Shown here: one piece after another, positions 34,071 through 44,400 of the stretch
Numbering within the stretch: position 1 is the stretch's first letter
Layout of the letters: every line of letters starts with the position of its first letter
Virus record (IMG/VR): IMGVR_UViG_3300017791_000194
Coordinates: 1-64,000 of that record
Length of the DNA stretch: 64,000 bases
DNA from: a virus
Taxonomy: Duplodnaviria > Caudoviricetes
Reading direction: 5' to 3' (one strand)
The notes under the pieces: generated by a model
Told to the model about the DNA's origin: nothing
The model's input: only the letters and a program-made list of their open reading frames with translations
Database searches by the model: none
Made by a program: the position numbers and the translations under genes

Positions 34071-35453
34071 TCATGCTTCTTCGACCAGGACCCATGAGCC
34101 AGCCTGCGCCGACCCACGCGATGCCCCATCGAGATTGACGGTGTTGCTGCCGGTCGTCGACCAGTACAGCTTCACGGTGTACGTTGTGCCCGGTGTAAGG
34201 CCGGTGAAGATGTAGCCGATGGCGACATTCTTACGATCGGCAACGCCGTCCCACCCACCAGCTCCGCAGTTGAACTTGTTGGTGCCGCCATCGATGCTGG
34301 CGGAGATGATCGTATCGGCAGTGACGGCGCCCATCTTCAGGACCAACTCACCGATCATCTTGACCCGGCCTGTCTGGCCACAGACGATCGAGACGTCCAT
34401 CGACGAGCTGATCGCGGGCGCCGAGCCGCTGCTCGTGCTTAGGTCGGTCGACGGCGCCTCCGTTCGGCTCGGCGGGTTCGGGAGGTCAGCTGGCTTCGAG
34501 TCGATCCGCATGATGGAGAAGTGTGCTTGCGCCTCGTAGGCCGAGGCGTGCCCAACCGTCCTGTTGCCCGTGAAGTAAACCTCGATGTAGTCGCCCGCCG
34601 CGAGGTCATACACGCCGCCGCCTGATACATAGTCACCGCCGCTTCCGTGACCCTCGTTGAGCGAGATCAAGCCCGAACCGTTGAGCCGCACTCGGCAGAA
34701 CTCCCCAGCCCCGAGCGAGGCAACCACCGCGCCGTACTCGAACAGGTACTTGCCGCCCATCCCGGCGGGGATCGTCAGACGACCCGTGTTCGACCCTGTG
34801 GAGTGGAACCCGTCGGTGTCGAACTTCTCCGAGTTGAACAGGATCACGTCGTTGTTGACGGTCTGCGTCGTGTTGTGATAGACGAGCGCCCCGACGCCGG
34901 ACCCGACACGACCACCGTCGAGCTTGACGAGCTGCGCGGCGGCGCGGTAGATGTTGAAGGCCCCGCCAGAGCCGTAGTCGCACCAAGCGTACAGTTCCAC
35001 AAAGTCGCCAGAAGCAAGATCGAGTATCGCGCTGATGGACAACGCATTTGAGTGTCCATTGAGCACCGAGTTCGTGATCCGTGTTACTTCGTTGGCGTTG
35101 ACCCGAACGTAGATTTCCATATCGGTGCCCGCGGTGTCGGTGGTGGTGTAGCTGCCCTCGAACAGGTATTTGCCACCGAGGCCTGCCGGGATCGTGAACC
35201 GACTCGGATTCGTGGTGTTGTCGTGAAAGCCATCAGTATCGAAAACCTCGTGCTTGATCGGTACGGAAGCGTAGGTAGACCGCGTCACTGTTTGAGCGTC
35301 GCCGGAGTCTGTGTAGCCGCCCGCGCCGATGAAGCTGGCCGGGAGCGCGCCCTCGATGGTGTGATCCGCGTTCCAGTTCGACGGGCGCACCAAGGTGGCA
35401 TCACCGCCGTCGCTCTTGGCGCTGACGAATGGGTGGTAGACGCGAGTGGTCAT
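34071..35453 (-). CDS. Tail fibre / receptor-binding protein with tandem C1q-like domains
   Basis: Duplicated FDTDGFH...RxTIPAGxGGKYLF modules. Confidence 0.65.
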   Translation of the reverse strand: MTTRVYHPFVSAKSDGGDATLVRPSNWNADHTIEGALPASFIGAGGYTDSGDAQTVTRSTYASVPIKHEVFDTDGFHDNTTNPSRFTIPAGLGGKYLFEGSYTTTDTAGTDMEIYVRVNANEVTRITNSVLNGHSNALSISAILDLASGDFVELYAWCDYGSGGAFNIYRAAAQLVKLDGGRVGSGVGALVYHNTTQTVNNDVILFNSEKFDTDGFHSTGSNTGRLTIPAGMGGKYLFEYGAVVASLGAGEFCRVRLNGSGLISLNEGHGSGGDYVSGGGVYDLAAGDYIEVYFTGNRTVGHASAYEAQAHFSIMRIDSKPADLPNPPSRTEAPSTDLSTSSGSAPAISSSMDVSIVCGQTGRVKMIGELVLKMGAVTADTIISASIDGGTNKFNCGAGGWDGVADRKNVAIGYIFTGLTPGTTYTVKLYWSTTGSNTVNLDGASRGSAQAGSWVLVEEA

Positions 35454-35461
35454 CGGTCCCT

Positions 35462-36112
35462 CTACTCGAAGGTGTCGGACTGGAAGGCGTCGGACTGGAA
35501 GTCCGAGCTGCCGCCGCTAGCGATCGATGCATCAGCAGTGAAGCGACCCGGGATGAAGGCGTCGGCTATCCAGGTCCCGCTGATTGTCTGCTTGATGTCG
35601 GCGTCAGCCGTCAGGCTGTTGTTCTGGGTCCGCAGGAGATCTGCATCTCCAGTGAACGAACCGGACTGCGTGCGCAACGCCACAGCGTTAGCGGCGAAGC
35701 CGAAGAACGTCGCGGCTGTGGATTGGGCGTCGGCCGTGAACGATCCCGTCTGTACCCGCAGGAGCGTCGAGTCGCCGGTGAGCGCGGCACTGATTGCTCG
35801 CAGCAGGTCAGCATCCGCTGTCCACGAGCCCGACTGGCTGCGGCGAAGTGTCGAGTCGCCGGTGATGGACCCAGTCTGGTCGCGGCGAATAGCAGCATTG
35901 GCGGTGTGAGATCCAGTCTGCGTCTTGCGCTTGATCGCGTTGGCGGTGAAGCGGTTCTCCAGAGCAGCAACGCTGGCATTGAGGGCGACCAAGAAGTCGT
36001 GGAGCGTCGTGCCTGCGGTGTTGCTGCCGATCGTTGCCGACAGCTCGACGCCGTCATCGGGCGTTTGGCCGACATGAAACACATCGCCCCGAACATGCGT
36101 GAACCGGCTCAT
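35462..36112 (-). CDS. Minor virion protein with FTADA repeats
   Basis: Repeated GSxTAD(A/S)xxxRxQT. Confidence 0.6.
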   Translation of the reverse strand: MSRFTHVRGDVFHVGQTPDDGVELSATIGSNTAGTTLHDFLVALNASVAALENRFTANAIKRKTQTGSHTANAAIRRDQTGSITGDSTLRRSQSGSWTADADLLRAISAALTGDSTLLRVQTGSFTADAQSTAATFFGFAANAVALRTQSGSFTGDADLLRTQNNSLTADADIKQTISGTWIADAFIPGRFTADASIASGGSSDFQSDAFQSDTFE

Positions 36113-36321
36113 ACGATCACCGCATCGGCCGTGAACGTGCTCCGGACTGCGAATGCCGCTCGGATGCGAGCCTCAAGATCAATGAGCATTGCCTGCACGT
36201 CGGTGCCCGCTGGGTAGCGGCCGATGGCAGATGAGAGCGCGACCTGGCTGGCGTTTTCGGTACCTGTGTGATCACGGTCCCGGTAGTGACGGAGGCGGGC
36301 TGTCATTGGGTTCGAGCCCAC
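36109..36321 (-). CDS. Small virion-associated protein (HYRDRDH motif)
   Basis: Paralog of 36303-36488; ends FTADAVIV. Confidence 0.45.
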   Translation of the reverse strand: MGSNPMTARLRHYRDRDHTGTENASQVALSSAIGRYPAGTDVQAMLIDLEARIRAAFAVRSTFTADAVIV

Positions 36322-36488
36322 AGATCGGCAAGAACGCTCGCCAACGTGTCGCCAGCGTTGTAGGTGCTGAAGTCGGCGTCGATCAGAACATCGACGTCCG
36401 TCTCGGTACCCTGGTGGTCACGATCCCGGTAGTGGGTCTGAACGATCTGGCCAGCCGTGACGACCGCGTCGGCGGTGAAGCTGCCCAT
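36303..36488 (-). CDS. Small virion-associated protein (HYRDRDH motif)
   Basis: Starts GSFTADAVV; HYRDRDHQGTE. Confidence 0.45.
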   Translation of the reverse strand: MGSFTADAVVTAGQIVQTHYRDRDHQGTETDVDVLIDADFSTYNAGDTLASVLADLWARTQ

Positions 36489-36491
36489 GGT

Positions 36492-37979
36492 TCACCCCCC
36501 ACTGATGTACTCAACGAACAGCGAGTCGCCCGTGAGGGGCGCGTCGGTGAAGGTGAACTCGCCTGCGGACGGGTCAGACTCCGTGTACTCAATCGTGGGC
36601 CGCTGAAGCAGGCCATTCATCCAGACTCGCAGCGAGCCCGCGACGTACGAATCGGTGACGGAGAAGACTGTGGTCGCCCCGTCTGTAGCCGGAGTCGGCT
36701 CCATCGTCACGGTCGAACCAGCCGGAGAGGGCGCGCTGCCATCGGACACGGTGACTGGCTCGGTAGTGACGACGTTCGCGTCGCCCTGAAGCTTGCGCAT
36801 GTACTTCCACAGGGTCCAGGGGTCCTCGGTGAGGATGCCGAAGAAGCCCTCGAAGCGAGCCTCTGAGGGTGTGACGAAGGTGACCCTGATGTTCCGGACC
36901 GGCAGGACGACGGTGAAGCCGAAGGTGTTCAGGGCAACGGTGACCACCGACCCTGGAATCAGAGGTGTGGGCGTAGTGCCAGAGAACCAAACCATTCGAA
37001 CTTGCTTCTGGGGGTTGACGAGGCCGCGGACCGTGTCGTTGAGACCCGCACCCGCCGCGCCTGGTGCTCCCTCCACGATCACCTTGGCATGAATGGCGCA
37101 GTTGGCGTCGCTCGCGAACCCGTTCTCATTGAAGTGCGCCTCACCGATCTGCCAGCGGCCACGGGCAGAGAGGCTCGTGCTGTTGGTGTAACGGCCGAAG
37201 TTCACGACTGATGTGGCGCCGGTTGAGGTCCAGGCGGCGCCACCCCAGACCAGGGCATCGTTGACCAGGTTCGTGCCGTCCTCGGTGTACTCGAACTCAC
37301 GGAAGCCGAAGGTGGTCACTCGATCCGGTGTGTCGGAGAAGCTCCAGCCTGGAGTGGACGTCTCCAGCGACTGGTAGTGCAGGGCTTGCTCGTGGTCAAA
37401 GTAATACTGGGCGCCGGTCCACTGAACGATGTCGTTCATCAGCTCCCGGATCTTCGTGCCCGGGGTGTCGTAGACATACCTATTGGAGTCAGTGCCGTAC
37501 GGATTGCCGACATGCTCGACAAAGGTCGTGAAGTCGATGCTCGTGTCGGCGATGTCGATGTAGTCCGTGAAGGCAAGTTGGATCACGTCGAAGTCGTCGG
37601 GCGAGCCTGTGAAGTCAGGGATGCCGTCGACCGGCGACGCCTTGTTGAACAACACCCGCTTGTCGAACCAGATGTTGTAGTCCACGCCGCGCAGGACCCA
37701 TTGCCGGGTCTTCACGCCAGCGGCGCCAGCGGTAACCGTGTCGTCCACGGGCAACGCCAGCTTGCGGCCAACCTGAGTCACGATGCCGCCGAAGTACAGC
37801 GAGCCGTCGATCGTCAGGGTGATGTGCTTGCCGGTTGTGAACGAGTACGTCTGGGCCTCGTCCTTGACAGTGACCTGGAACGAGCCCGGGATGCCGCCCA
37901 TCTGCGACTCAAAGGTCGCGGTCGCCCACTGCACATCGGCAATGGGCGTCCCGTCGTAGGTGAAGACAATCGTGCTCAT
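36492..37979 (-). CDS. Minor tail protein (paralog 2)
   Basis: Downstream of the tape measure; similar to 37976-41434. Confidence 0.7.
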   Translation of the reverse strand: MSTIVFTYDGTPIADVQWATATFESQMGGIPGSFQVTVKDEAQTYSFTTGKHITLTIDGSLYFGGIVTQVGRKLALPVDDTVTAGAAGVKTRQWVLRGVDYNIWFDKRVLFNKASPVDGIPDFTGSPDDFDVIQLAFTDYIDIADTSIDFTTFVEHVGNPYGTDSNRYVYDTPGTKIRELMNDIVQWTGAQYYFDHEQALHYQSLETSTPGWSFSDTPDRVTTFGFREFEYTEDGTNLVNDALVWGGAAWTSTGATSVVNFGRYTNSTSLSARGRWQIGEAHFNENGFASDANCAIHAKVIVEGAPGAAGAGLNDTVRGLVNPQKQVRMVWFSGTTPTPLIPGSVVTVALNTFGFTVVLPVRNIRVTFVTPSEARFEGFFGILTEDPWTLWKYMRKLQGDANVVTTEPVTVSDGSAPSPAGSTVTMEPTPATDGATTVFSVTDSYVAGSLRVWMNGLLQRPTIEYTESDPSAGEFTFTDAPLTGDSLFVEYISGG

Positions 37980-40900
37980 TTCCCAATCGCCATGTAGCAG
38001 CAGTAGACGGACTCGGCGACGACCGGTCGGCCGAAGTAGAAGTGCTTGTGATCGGGGTCCTCGAAGTAGTCGACCCCTGGCCGCTGACGCGTTCCATTCA
38101 GGTAGACATCCAGCGTCCCAGAGATGAACTCGTACGTCGTCGCTCGGATGAAGTCAGAGATGACGGTCGGCGCCTCGCAGCCGAACGACCCAGCCTCTGG
38201 GGTGCCTGGACTCCCTGCTGATGGGCCGACGACCCGATCACCCATCGTGATGTCCTCGAATTCCACCCGCATTGACTCGATGATGTTGCCGCCGGTGTCG
38301 TGCGTGTTGTAGTTCCGACAGAAGATCCTGAACAGGCCGCTGAGCGACCACGAGTTGTAGTCGCCGCCGGAGTCCCAACTCACCTGCCAGTCTGGGCGAG
38401 ATTCGAGGTCAAGTCGCCATACCCGCATCTGGACGATGCCCGAGTGCAGGAACTGGGCCTCGATCTGGTACATCGCCCCGCCGACCCAGTTGATCTTGCT
38501 CAACGTCGCTGATCCCGTGAGAGTGTCCCCGGAGCCGGGCCGGATGGCGATGCCGCCCTTGCCCGACTCGCTTGATACCGCGATCCCGAAGTTGAGTTCG
38601 TCAAATGATCCGTCCGTCTCCCAGCGGAACTGGAGCTTCAACGGACCACGATCGCTGACGCCGTCAGGGATGATCGACGGCATCCGCACCTTCAATGACA
38701 GGATCGGTTCGTCGCCGATGGGCGGCGGGACCGGGTAGAGGTCAGCAGACCACTCGCCGGGTGACAGGCTGTGGTTAACCCGGGATTCACGGATGTAGCG
38801 CCCCACCTGGAGTCCACCGCCGACGCTCGACCCAACGCCGAAGTAGGCATTCTCGCTGGACACGTTGATGTCCCACACGGCCCCGCAGGAAGCTGTGCCC
38901 CATGATCCCGCCGAGTCCGTTCCAATGGCCGGAGTGCCGTCCGGCAGGACCCTGTTGAAATCGTCGATGCCAGCCGCCCCGAGATAACACGCCTTCCCGT
39001 CGTAGTCGAAGTCGATGAACTCGAACTGCGCCGTATGATCCGTGGTGATCGCCTGATTCGATGAATCGAAGTTGATATTGAAGAAGAACAAGGGATCGGT
39101 TGGTCCGTCGTCTATGTCGATGAGCCACGACGACGGCTCGGGATCATCAATGTTCCACACTCGAACTTTGTTCGACGTGCCGGGGACGACTTCCCATTTC
39201 ACGTACATCATCGTCCCGTTGATCCAATCAGAATAATTGACTGAGGTAACGGGCGATGATTGGGTCGCGGTGTCCCAGAAGACCTGAATCTGATCTCCGC
39301 CAATATCTAACGTCAACTGTCGGTCGGCTGAGTCCTGATCGTCAAATCTGAGCCTGAGTCGTTCTACTGTCATATCGCCAACGACATCCCACAACATCAA
39401 CATGGTGTAGCCACCGTCCGCCATCCAGAGATCGGTACGACCGCTGGCGTCGACGTGGATGTTGTAATTGCCCGATGCGTCGAAGTTGTTGCCAATGAGC
39501 TTGATGATGCCCTTGCCACCGTCCACCGACCCAGTGGCTTGCCCAATCCCGCCGCGAACCCACTCTACGAGGAAATCTGATGTGCCCCAATTCGGCACGA
39601 CGACGCGCCTGAAGTTGTCGAATCGGAACTCGGTGCAGCGATTGAAATCGGTGACGTCGAGGTACTCGATGAAGATCGAGTCCGGGGCACTGTTCGATGG
39701 ATCATCGGCCCAGTCGAGGCTAAGTGACGTGGCGGGCGCAGTGATGGTCGCCGTCACCTCCCAGCTCCCCGGCTCTGGGTCGCTCGCCAACCAGACTTTG
39801 GCACTGACCGTACTGACGCCGTCCCAATACAGCTTGGCGATGTAGTCCACATCGGCGGTGAACGTCCGGTCGTTGTCGTAGTCCTGCGTGCCGCCAACCC
39901 CACTGTTGCCGATAACGACCCGTCCATAACCGGTGCCGCTGGCGAAGGCATCGCTGAAGGTGACCTCGAAGAACCAGCGGGCCGTGGCCCCATCCATGCC
40001 AAAGATGTGGAAGTTCGCGAACAGGTCTGTAGCAGATGGAGGGATGTGATCCACTGAGAAGCGACAGCTCGCCGTAAATGCCCCGGCAGGCAGGGTCGAC
40101 GTGAACATTGCGATCTCAGACGAGTCTGATGTCAACACACCCTGCGTGCCATTGACGCTCGACGATGTCCCTGCCGGGCTATCAGCAGTCCAGTTGAACC
40201 CAGCATCTGCCATGCCCCAGCCGCTATCAGTTACTCGCGTGAACGTATCTGTAATCCCGCAATCGCCGCACCCACTCGGGGGCGGAGGGCTCCAGATCGG
40301 GGGCAATCCCGGGAGGCGGAACCTCGGGATCTTCGGGAAGTTGTGGTATGACAACGGACGATCAATCTCATAGGACAGCTGGAGGTCGTACAGCGCGTCC
40401 GTGGGCGTCGGGAACGTCATCGTCATGTTCCGAATCGGCAACACCTTGCTGATGCCGAAGACATTGCTGGTGATGTGAACCTTGTCGCCAGGAGTCAACC
40501 CGGGCTTCTTCACCCGGCAGGTGACCATCTGTGAGTCGTCCTTGCCGCCGTGGAGGTTCTGGGGCGAGCCGTAGACGATGGAGTTGCTGATCAGATTGGC
40601 TGTTGTCTGGCGGTAGACGTCGCCTCGCAGAATGCCGCTTTGCCAGCGGCCATGGTCCGCGATTGAGGCGGCGTCTTGCACCCGGGAGATGACCATCCTC
40701 GATGAGCCCAGCCCGGCGCCCCAGAACAGCGAGTCATTGGCGAGCTTGGTCCCATCGAACACCCAGTCCATATCTGAATAGCCGAACGAGGTCGTGTTGT
40801 TCGGCGTGTCAGACAGACGAAATGGCGCACTTTCGGTGTCGTCGTCTTCGTAGAACACGGTGCGGTCGGGCCGGATACCGAACACGCCGCCAGGCAGCTG

Positions 40901-41434
40901 TGAGATGTTCAACATCGCCGTCTGCCAGATGTCGCCCAGCGCGAAGGGCAAGCCCTTCTCATCAGGGGTGATGACACCGACCTCACTGAAGCTGGTCGTC
41001 AGCCCGTCGCCAGCAAGATCCAGGAAGTCTGTGAAGAGCGTGGTCAGGGCGGCCTGATCGGTCGTCCCGACCGGGAAGTCGTCTGGCTTCTCTTTCGGAT
41101 TGCTCGCCTTGTAGACATATCGCTTCTGAAACAGGATGTTGACGTCGACGCCGCGAAGATGCCACATCAGCACCTGGGGCTGCTGGCTCGTGTCGACCAC
41201 GTAGAAGGCGAACTCTTTGCTCGCCTGGAAAACGTAGCCATCGAAGCTCCGGATGCCGTCGATGTCGAGGGTGATGTTGTCCGATGCCTTGAAGTCATAG
41301 GCAGCGGTCGGGTCCTTGACGCGAATGTCGAACTGACCCGGGAAGGCACCGATGGAGGTTGTGAAGGTGGCGTCGGCGAGGATGACATCAGCGGTGATGT
41401 CGGTACCTTCGATCTTGATCGCGATCGTGCTCAC
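37976..41434 (-). CDS. Large minor tail protein (paralog 1) with central insertion
   Basis: First gene after the tape measure; shared N- and C-terminal domains. Confidence 0.75.
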   Translation of the reverse strand: MSTIAIKIEGTDITADVILADATFTTSIGAFPGQFDIRVKDPTAAYDFKASDNITLDIDGIRSFDGYVFQASKEFAFYVVDTSQQPQVLMWHLRGVDVNILFQKRYVYKASNPKEKPDDFPVGTTDQAALTTLFTDFLDLAGDGLTTSFSEVGVITPDEKGLPFALGDIWQTAMLNISQLPGGVFGIRPDRTVFYEDDDTESAPFRLSDTPNNTTSFGYSDMDWVFDGTKLANDSLFWGAGLGSSRMVISRVQDAASIADHGRWQSGILRGDVYRQTTANLISNSIVYGSPQNLHGGKDDSQMVTCRVKKPGLTPGDKVHITSNVFGISKVLPIRNMTMTFPTPTDALYDLQLSYEIDRPLSYHNFPKIPRFRLPGLPPIWSPPPPSGCGDCGITDTFTRVTDSGWGMADAGFNWTADSPAGTSSSVNGTQGVLTSDSSEIAMFTSTLPAGAFTASCRFSVDHIPPSATDLFANFHIFGMDGATARWFFEVTFSDAFASGTGYGRVVIGNSGVGGTQDYDNDRTFTADVDYIAKLYWDGVSTVSAKVWLASDPEPGSWEVTATITAPATSLSLDWADDPSNSAPDSIFIEYLDVTDFNRCTEFRFDNFRRVVVPNWGTSDFLVEWVRGGIGQATGSVDGGKGIIKLIGNNFDASGNYNIHVDASGRTDLWMADGGYTMLMLWDVVGDMTVERLRLRFDDQDSADRQLTLDIGGDQIQVFWDTATQSSPVTSVNYSDWINGTMMYVKWEVVPGTSNKVRVWNIDDPEPSSWLIDIDDGPTDPLFFFNINFDSSNQAITTDHTAQFEFIDFDYDGKACYLGAAGIDDFNRVLPDGTPAIGTDSAGSWGTASCGAVWDINVSSENAYFGVGSSVGGGLQVGRYIRESRVNHSLSPGEWSADLYPVPPPIGDEPILSLKVRMPSIIPDGVSDRGPLKLQFRWETDGSFDELNFGIAVSSESGKGGIAIRPGSGDTLTGSATLSKINWVGGAMYQIEAQFLHSGIVQMRVWRLDLESRPDWQVSWDSGGDYNSWSLSGLFRIFCRNYNTHDTGGNIIESMRVEFEDITMGDRVVGPSAGSPGTPEAGSFGCEAPTVISDFIRATTYEFISGTLDVYLNGTRQRPGVDYFEDPDHKHFYFGRPVVAESVYCCYMAIGK

Positions 41435-41436
41435 AT

Positions 41437-44400
41437 CTAGCGCAGTCCCTGGAGCTGCATTCGACGGTTGAGTGCCTCTTCGACCTGGCGCACGAGCTTC
41501 TGGAGATCGCCATCGTCGCGCACGGACGGGTTGTTGAAGATGATGTTGATCACCGGCGCCGCCGAGCCCCCACCGTCCCAGCTCATCTTCTGGGGATTGC
41601 GCAGGATGGCCACCGCCTCACCCTTGGCCTCGCCGACCGTGATGTCGGTCTGGCCTGGGGCGTAGCCGACAAGGCCGGTCTGGGCACCGATCCGGCCGTT
41701 GCCATTGAGGTCCGTATTGGTCAGACGCTCCAGGAGTCGGAGGTCAGTCTGTTCCTGACGCTCATCGGGAGAACCAGACGAGTTCAGGCCCGGGATAGAT
41801 GTCGTCGCAGCCGCGAGCGTGGCGGCCACGACATAATCGACCGCGGCCTTGCCCGCCGCCTTCCCGGCCTTCTGGAAGGCCGTGATCAGGTTCGCGAACT
41901 CCTTCTCGCGGATATCGAGCGCCTTGCCCGTGGCTGCCTCGATGTCGTGCCAGATGCCCAGCAGCACCTGTTCGTTCTGGACCTGCTGATCAAACCGAGA
42001 CTGTGCATCCTGATCAAGCAGTTGCAGCTCGGCCTCCATGTTCTTGATCGCTTCCTGCGCCGCGAACGAGTCGATAGCGAAGGACTTGCCCTCCCGGAGC
42101 AGCGCGATCTGCGCGGTCAGATCGGTAATGGCGTTGGCATTCTCCTTGAGCCCAATGGCGAACTCGTTGCCGCTGAGCTGCTTCTGGAGATTGAGCTGTT
42201 CCTGCGCGAGCTTGGCCTGGGCCTCTGCGTCATCGCGGCGCGCGGCGCGCTCCTCGGATGTTTCACCCGGTGTCTGGAACCCGGCCAGTGCGAGCTGGAG
42301 ATTGATCTGGCGCTGCTGAAGCTCCTGCTGGAGTAGCTGGAGCTGCCGACCGAGCGCGTAGTTTTGACCCTGAAGACCACCGATCGTGTCCTTGACGTTG
42401 CCCTTGATCGCCTTGGTGAAGTCCTGGGCAATGCCCAGCTGCCGAGTCGCGATCCGGATCTCGTTGTTGTACTGGCTGACCTCCAGGTTCAGGCTGCGCT
42501 GGCTGAGCCCCAGCTGGATGTCCTGGATGCTCTTGCCCAACGTCGTGATGTCGTTGAGCAGATCAGGGCCGATCCAGGACTGGAGGGTCGCCCGCCCTTT
42601 CTCGATCTGCTCGTTGATCCGAGCCTGGGCGGGCTCGGCGAACTTTGCGTACTTCTCGAAGGCGGTCTGGTACTGGCCGACCGTGTTCTCGGTATCAGCG
42701 AATGCCCGGCCCGGCAGCGGCGCCGACGGCCGGAGACGCGGGTCGTTGAAGGGCACCAGCGGCTGATTGGCGAAGGCCAGTGCCTGCTGCGCGGGCAGAA
42801 CCGTCTCGCGCTGGAAGCCTGCCCGACGGCTGATGTCGCGGAGCTGGACATCGAGCTGATTGAGGCCGCCCTGCTCAGGCGCGAGCCCGCCGATCGGCGA
42901 GGTCAGCTGGGCGACGATGTTGCCAACCGATGGCCGCAAGCCAGCCTGCTGCTGGGCGCTCAGGAACTGCGCCGCCAGGAAGTCAGAGATAGCACCAGTC
43001 AGCGCCAGGCCCTGTCCCTTGTCTGCGCGAGCACGCAGCGACTGCGCAAGGTCGTCAGCGCCGACAGACTCGAATGCCTTGATCGTCGCGTCGATCCGCG
43101 CCTGGTCCGCCTCGCGGACGAGCTGGCTGAGCGAGCCACCCTTCTGGCCACGTTCAGTGACCGTCTTGAGCCAGTCGTTCAGCGCCTCATCCGCCTTGGC
43201 CTGCTCCTTCTCGATGGAGCTGCCTGGAGGAACGCCGAGGAACCCAGTGCCCGGACCTGCGCCACGACCAATGAAGGTGCCCGGCGCAGACATGCCTCGG
43301 AACGGTCCTGCGCCACCACCGAATGATTGGCTACCACCACCGGGTACCTGGTTCAGCGAGTTGCGCAGGATGTCCGAGGTAGATCGATCAGACAGGACGC
43401 CCGGCAGCAGACCCAGATTGAACGGACCACCGGTCGAGCGAACAAGCGAAGCATCAAACCCCGCAGGGAGTCCCTGCGGGCGACCCTGGCCGATATTTTG
43501 CGCGGCCGCAATCTGGACGACCTGTTCCTGAAGCGCCTGGTTACCAGCAACGCCCTGTGCTCGACCGGCCAGCGCCGGGGCGACTTGTTTGCTTGTTTCA
43601 TCAGCCAAGCCGCTAGCAGCCAACGTGGCGGCAGTAGCTGCCTTCGCCGAGCTACCACTGGCCCGGGCGCCCTTGGCCAGCTCTTCGCTCAGTGCCGCTG
43701 TGGCATTGCTGTAGTTCGTGGATCGCTCGGTAACATCCGCGATGGCCTTGGCCCCAGTCTCGAAGGCAGCGTTGAAGGCCGCGAACGTCGTGGTGAAAGC
43801 CACGCCAGCGCCGATCGCAGAGATGCCCCCCACAGCCAGGTTGCGGAAGGCGCTGCTGGCACCATCGATCTTGTCGATGGCCGCGTCGGTCGTCTTCGCA
43901 GCGTCTCGGGATGCGTCGCGAAGGAACAGCACGCTCTTTGCAAGCCGCGGCAGGCTAACTTCGAGGCTGGCGAGAACACCCAGCTGCTCCGTTGTCGCCG
44001 CGCCGCCAAGCCTGCGTATGGCACGTCGGTTGGCCAGACCGAACTGGAACTCCCTCCGGCGCGACTCAAACGTCTGCTCGGTGCGCTGCTGTTCAGAGAT
44101 AGCAGCCTGCGCCGCCTTTACGTTCTTGGTCAGCTCGCCACGACCAGCAAGAGTCTGAACAACCTGGCTGACGGATGTGGTGAACGCTCGGACTGGGTTG
44201 AGGGCCTGGTCGATCGCCAGCTGGGCTCGTTCAGCCTGGCCACCTGAACGCCCCGCTCCCAGTCGCCCCTGACTGGCGAACGCAACCCGCGTTCGGAAGA
44301 ACGGGTCCTGGCTGGGCAGGAGTTCTGGGATGGGCTGTCCCGCTGCAACGCCCCCGACCCCCGGCAACGGACCCGGGGGTGTGACGACTGCTGGGCCACC

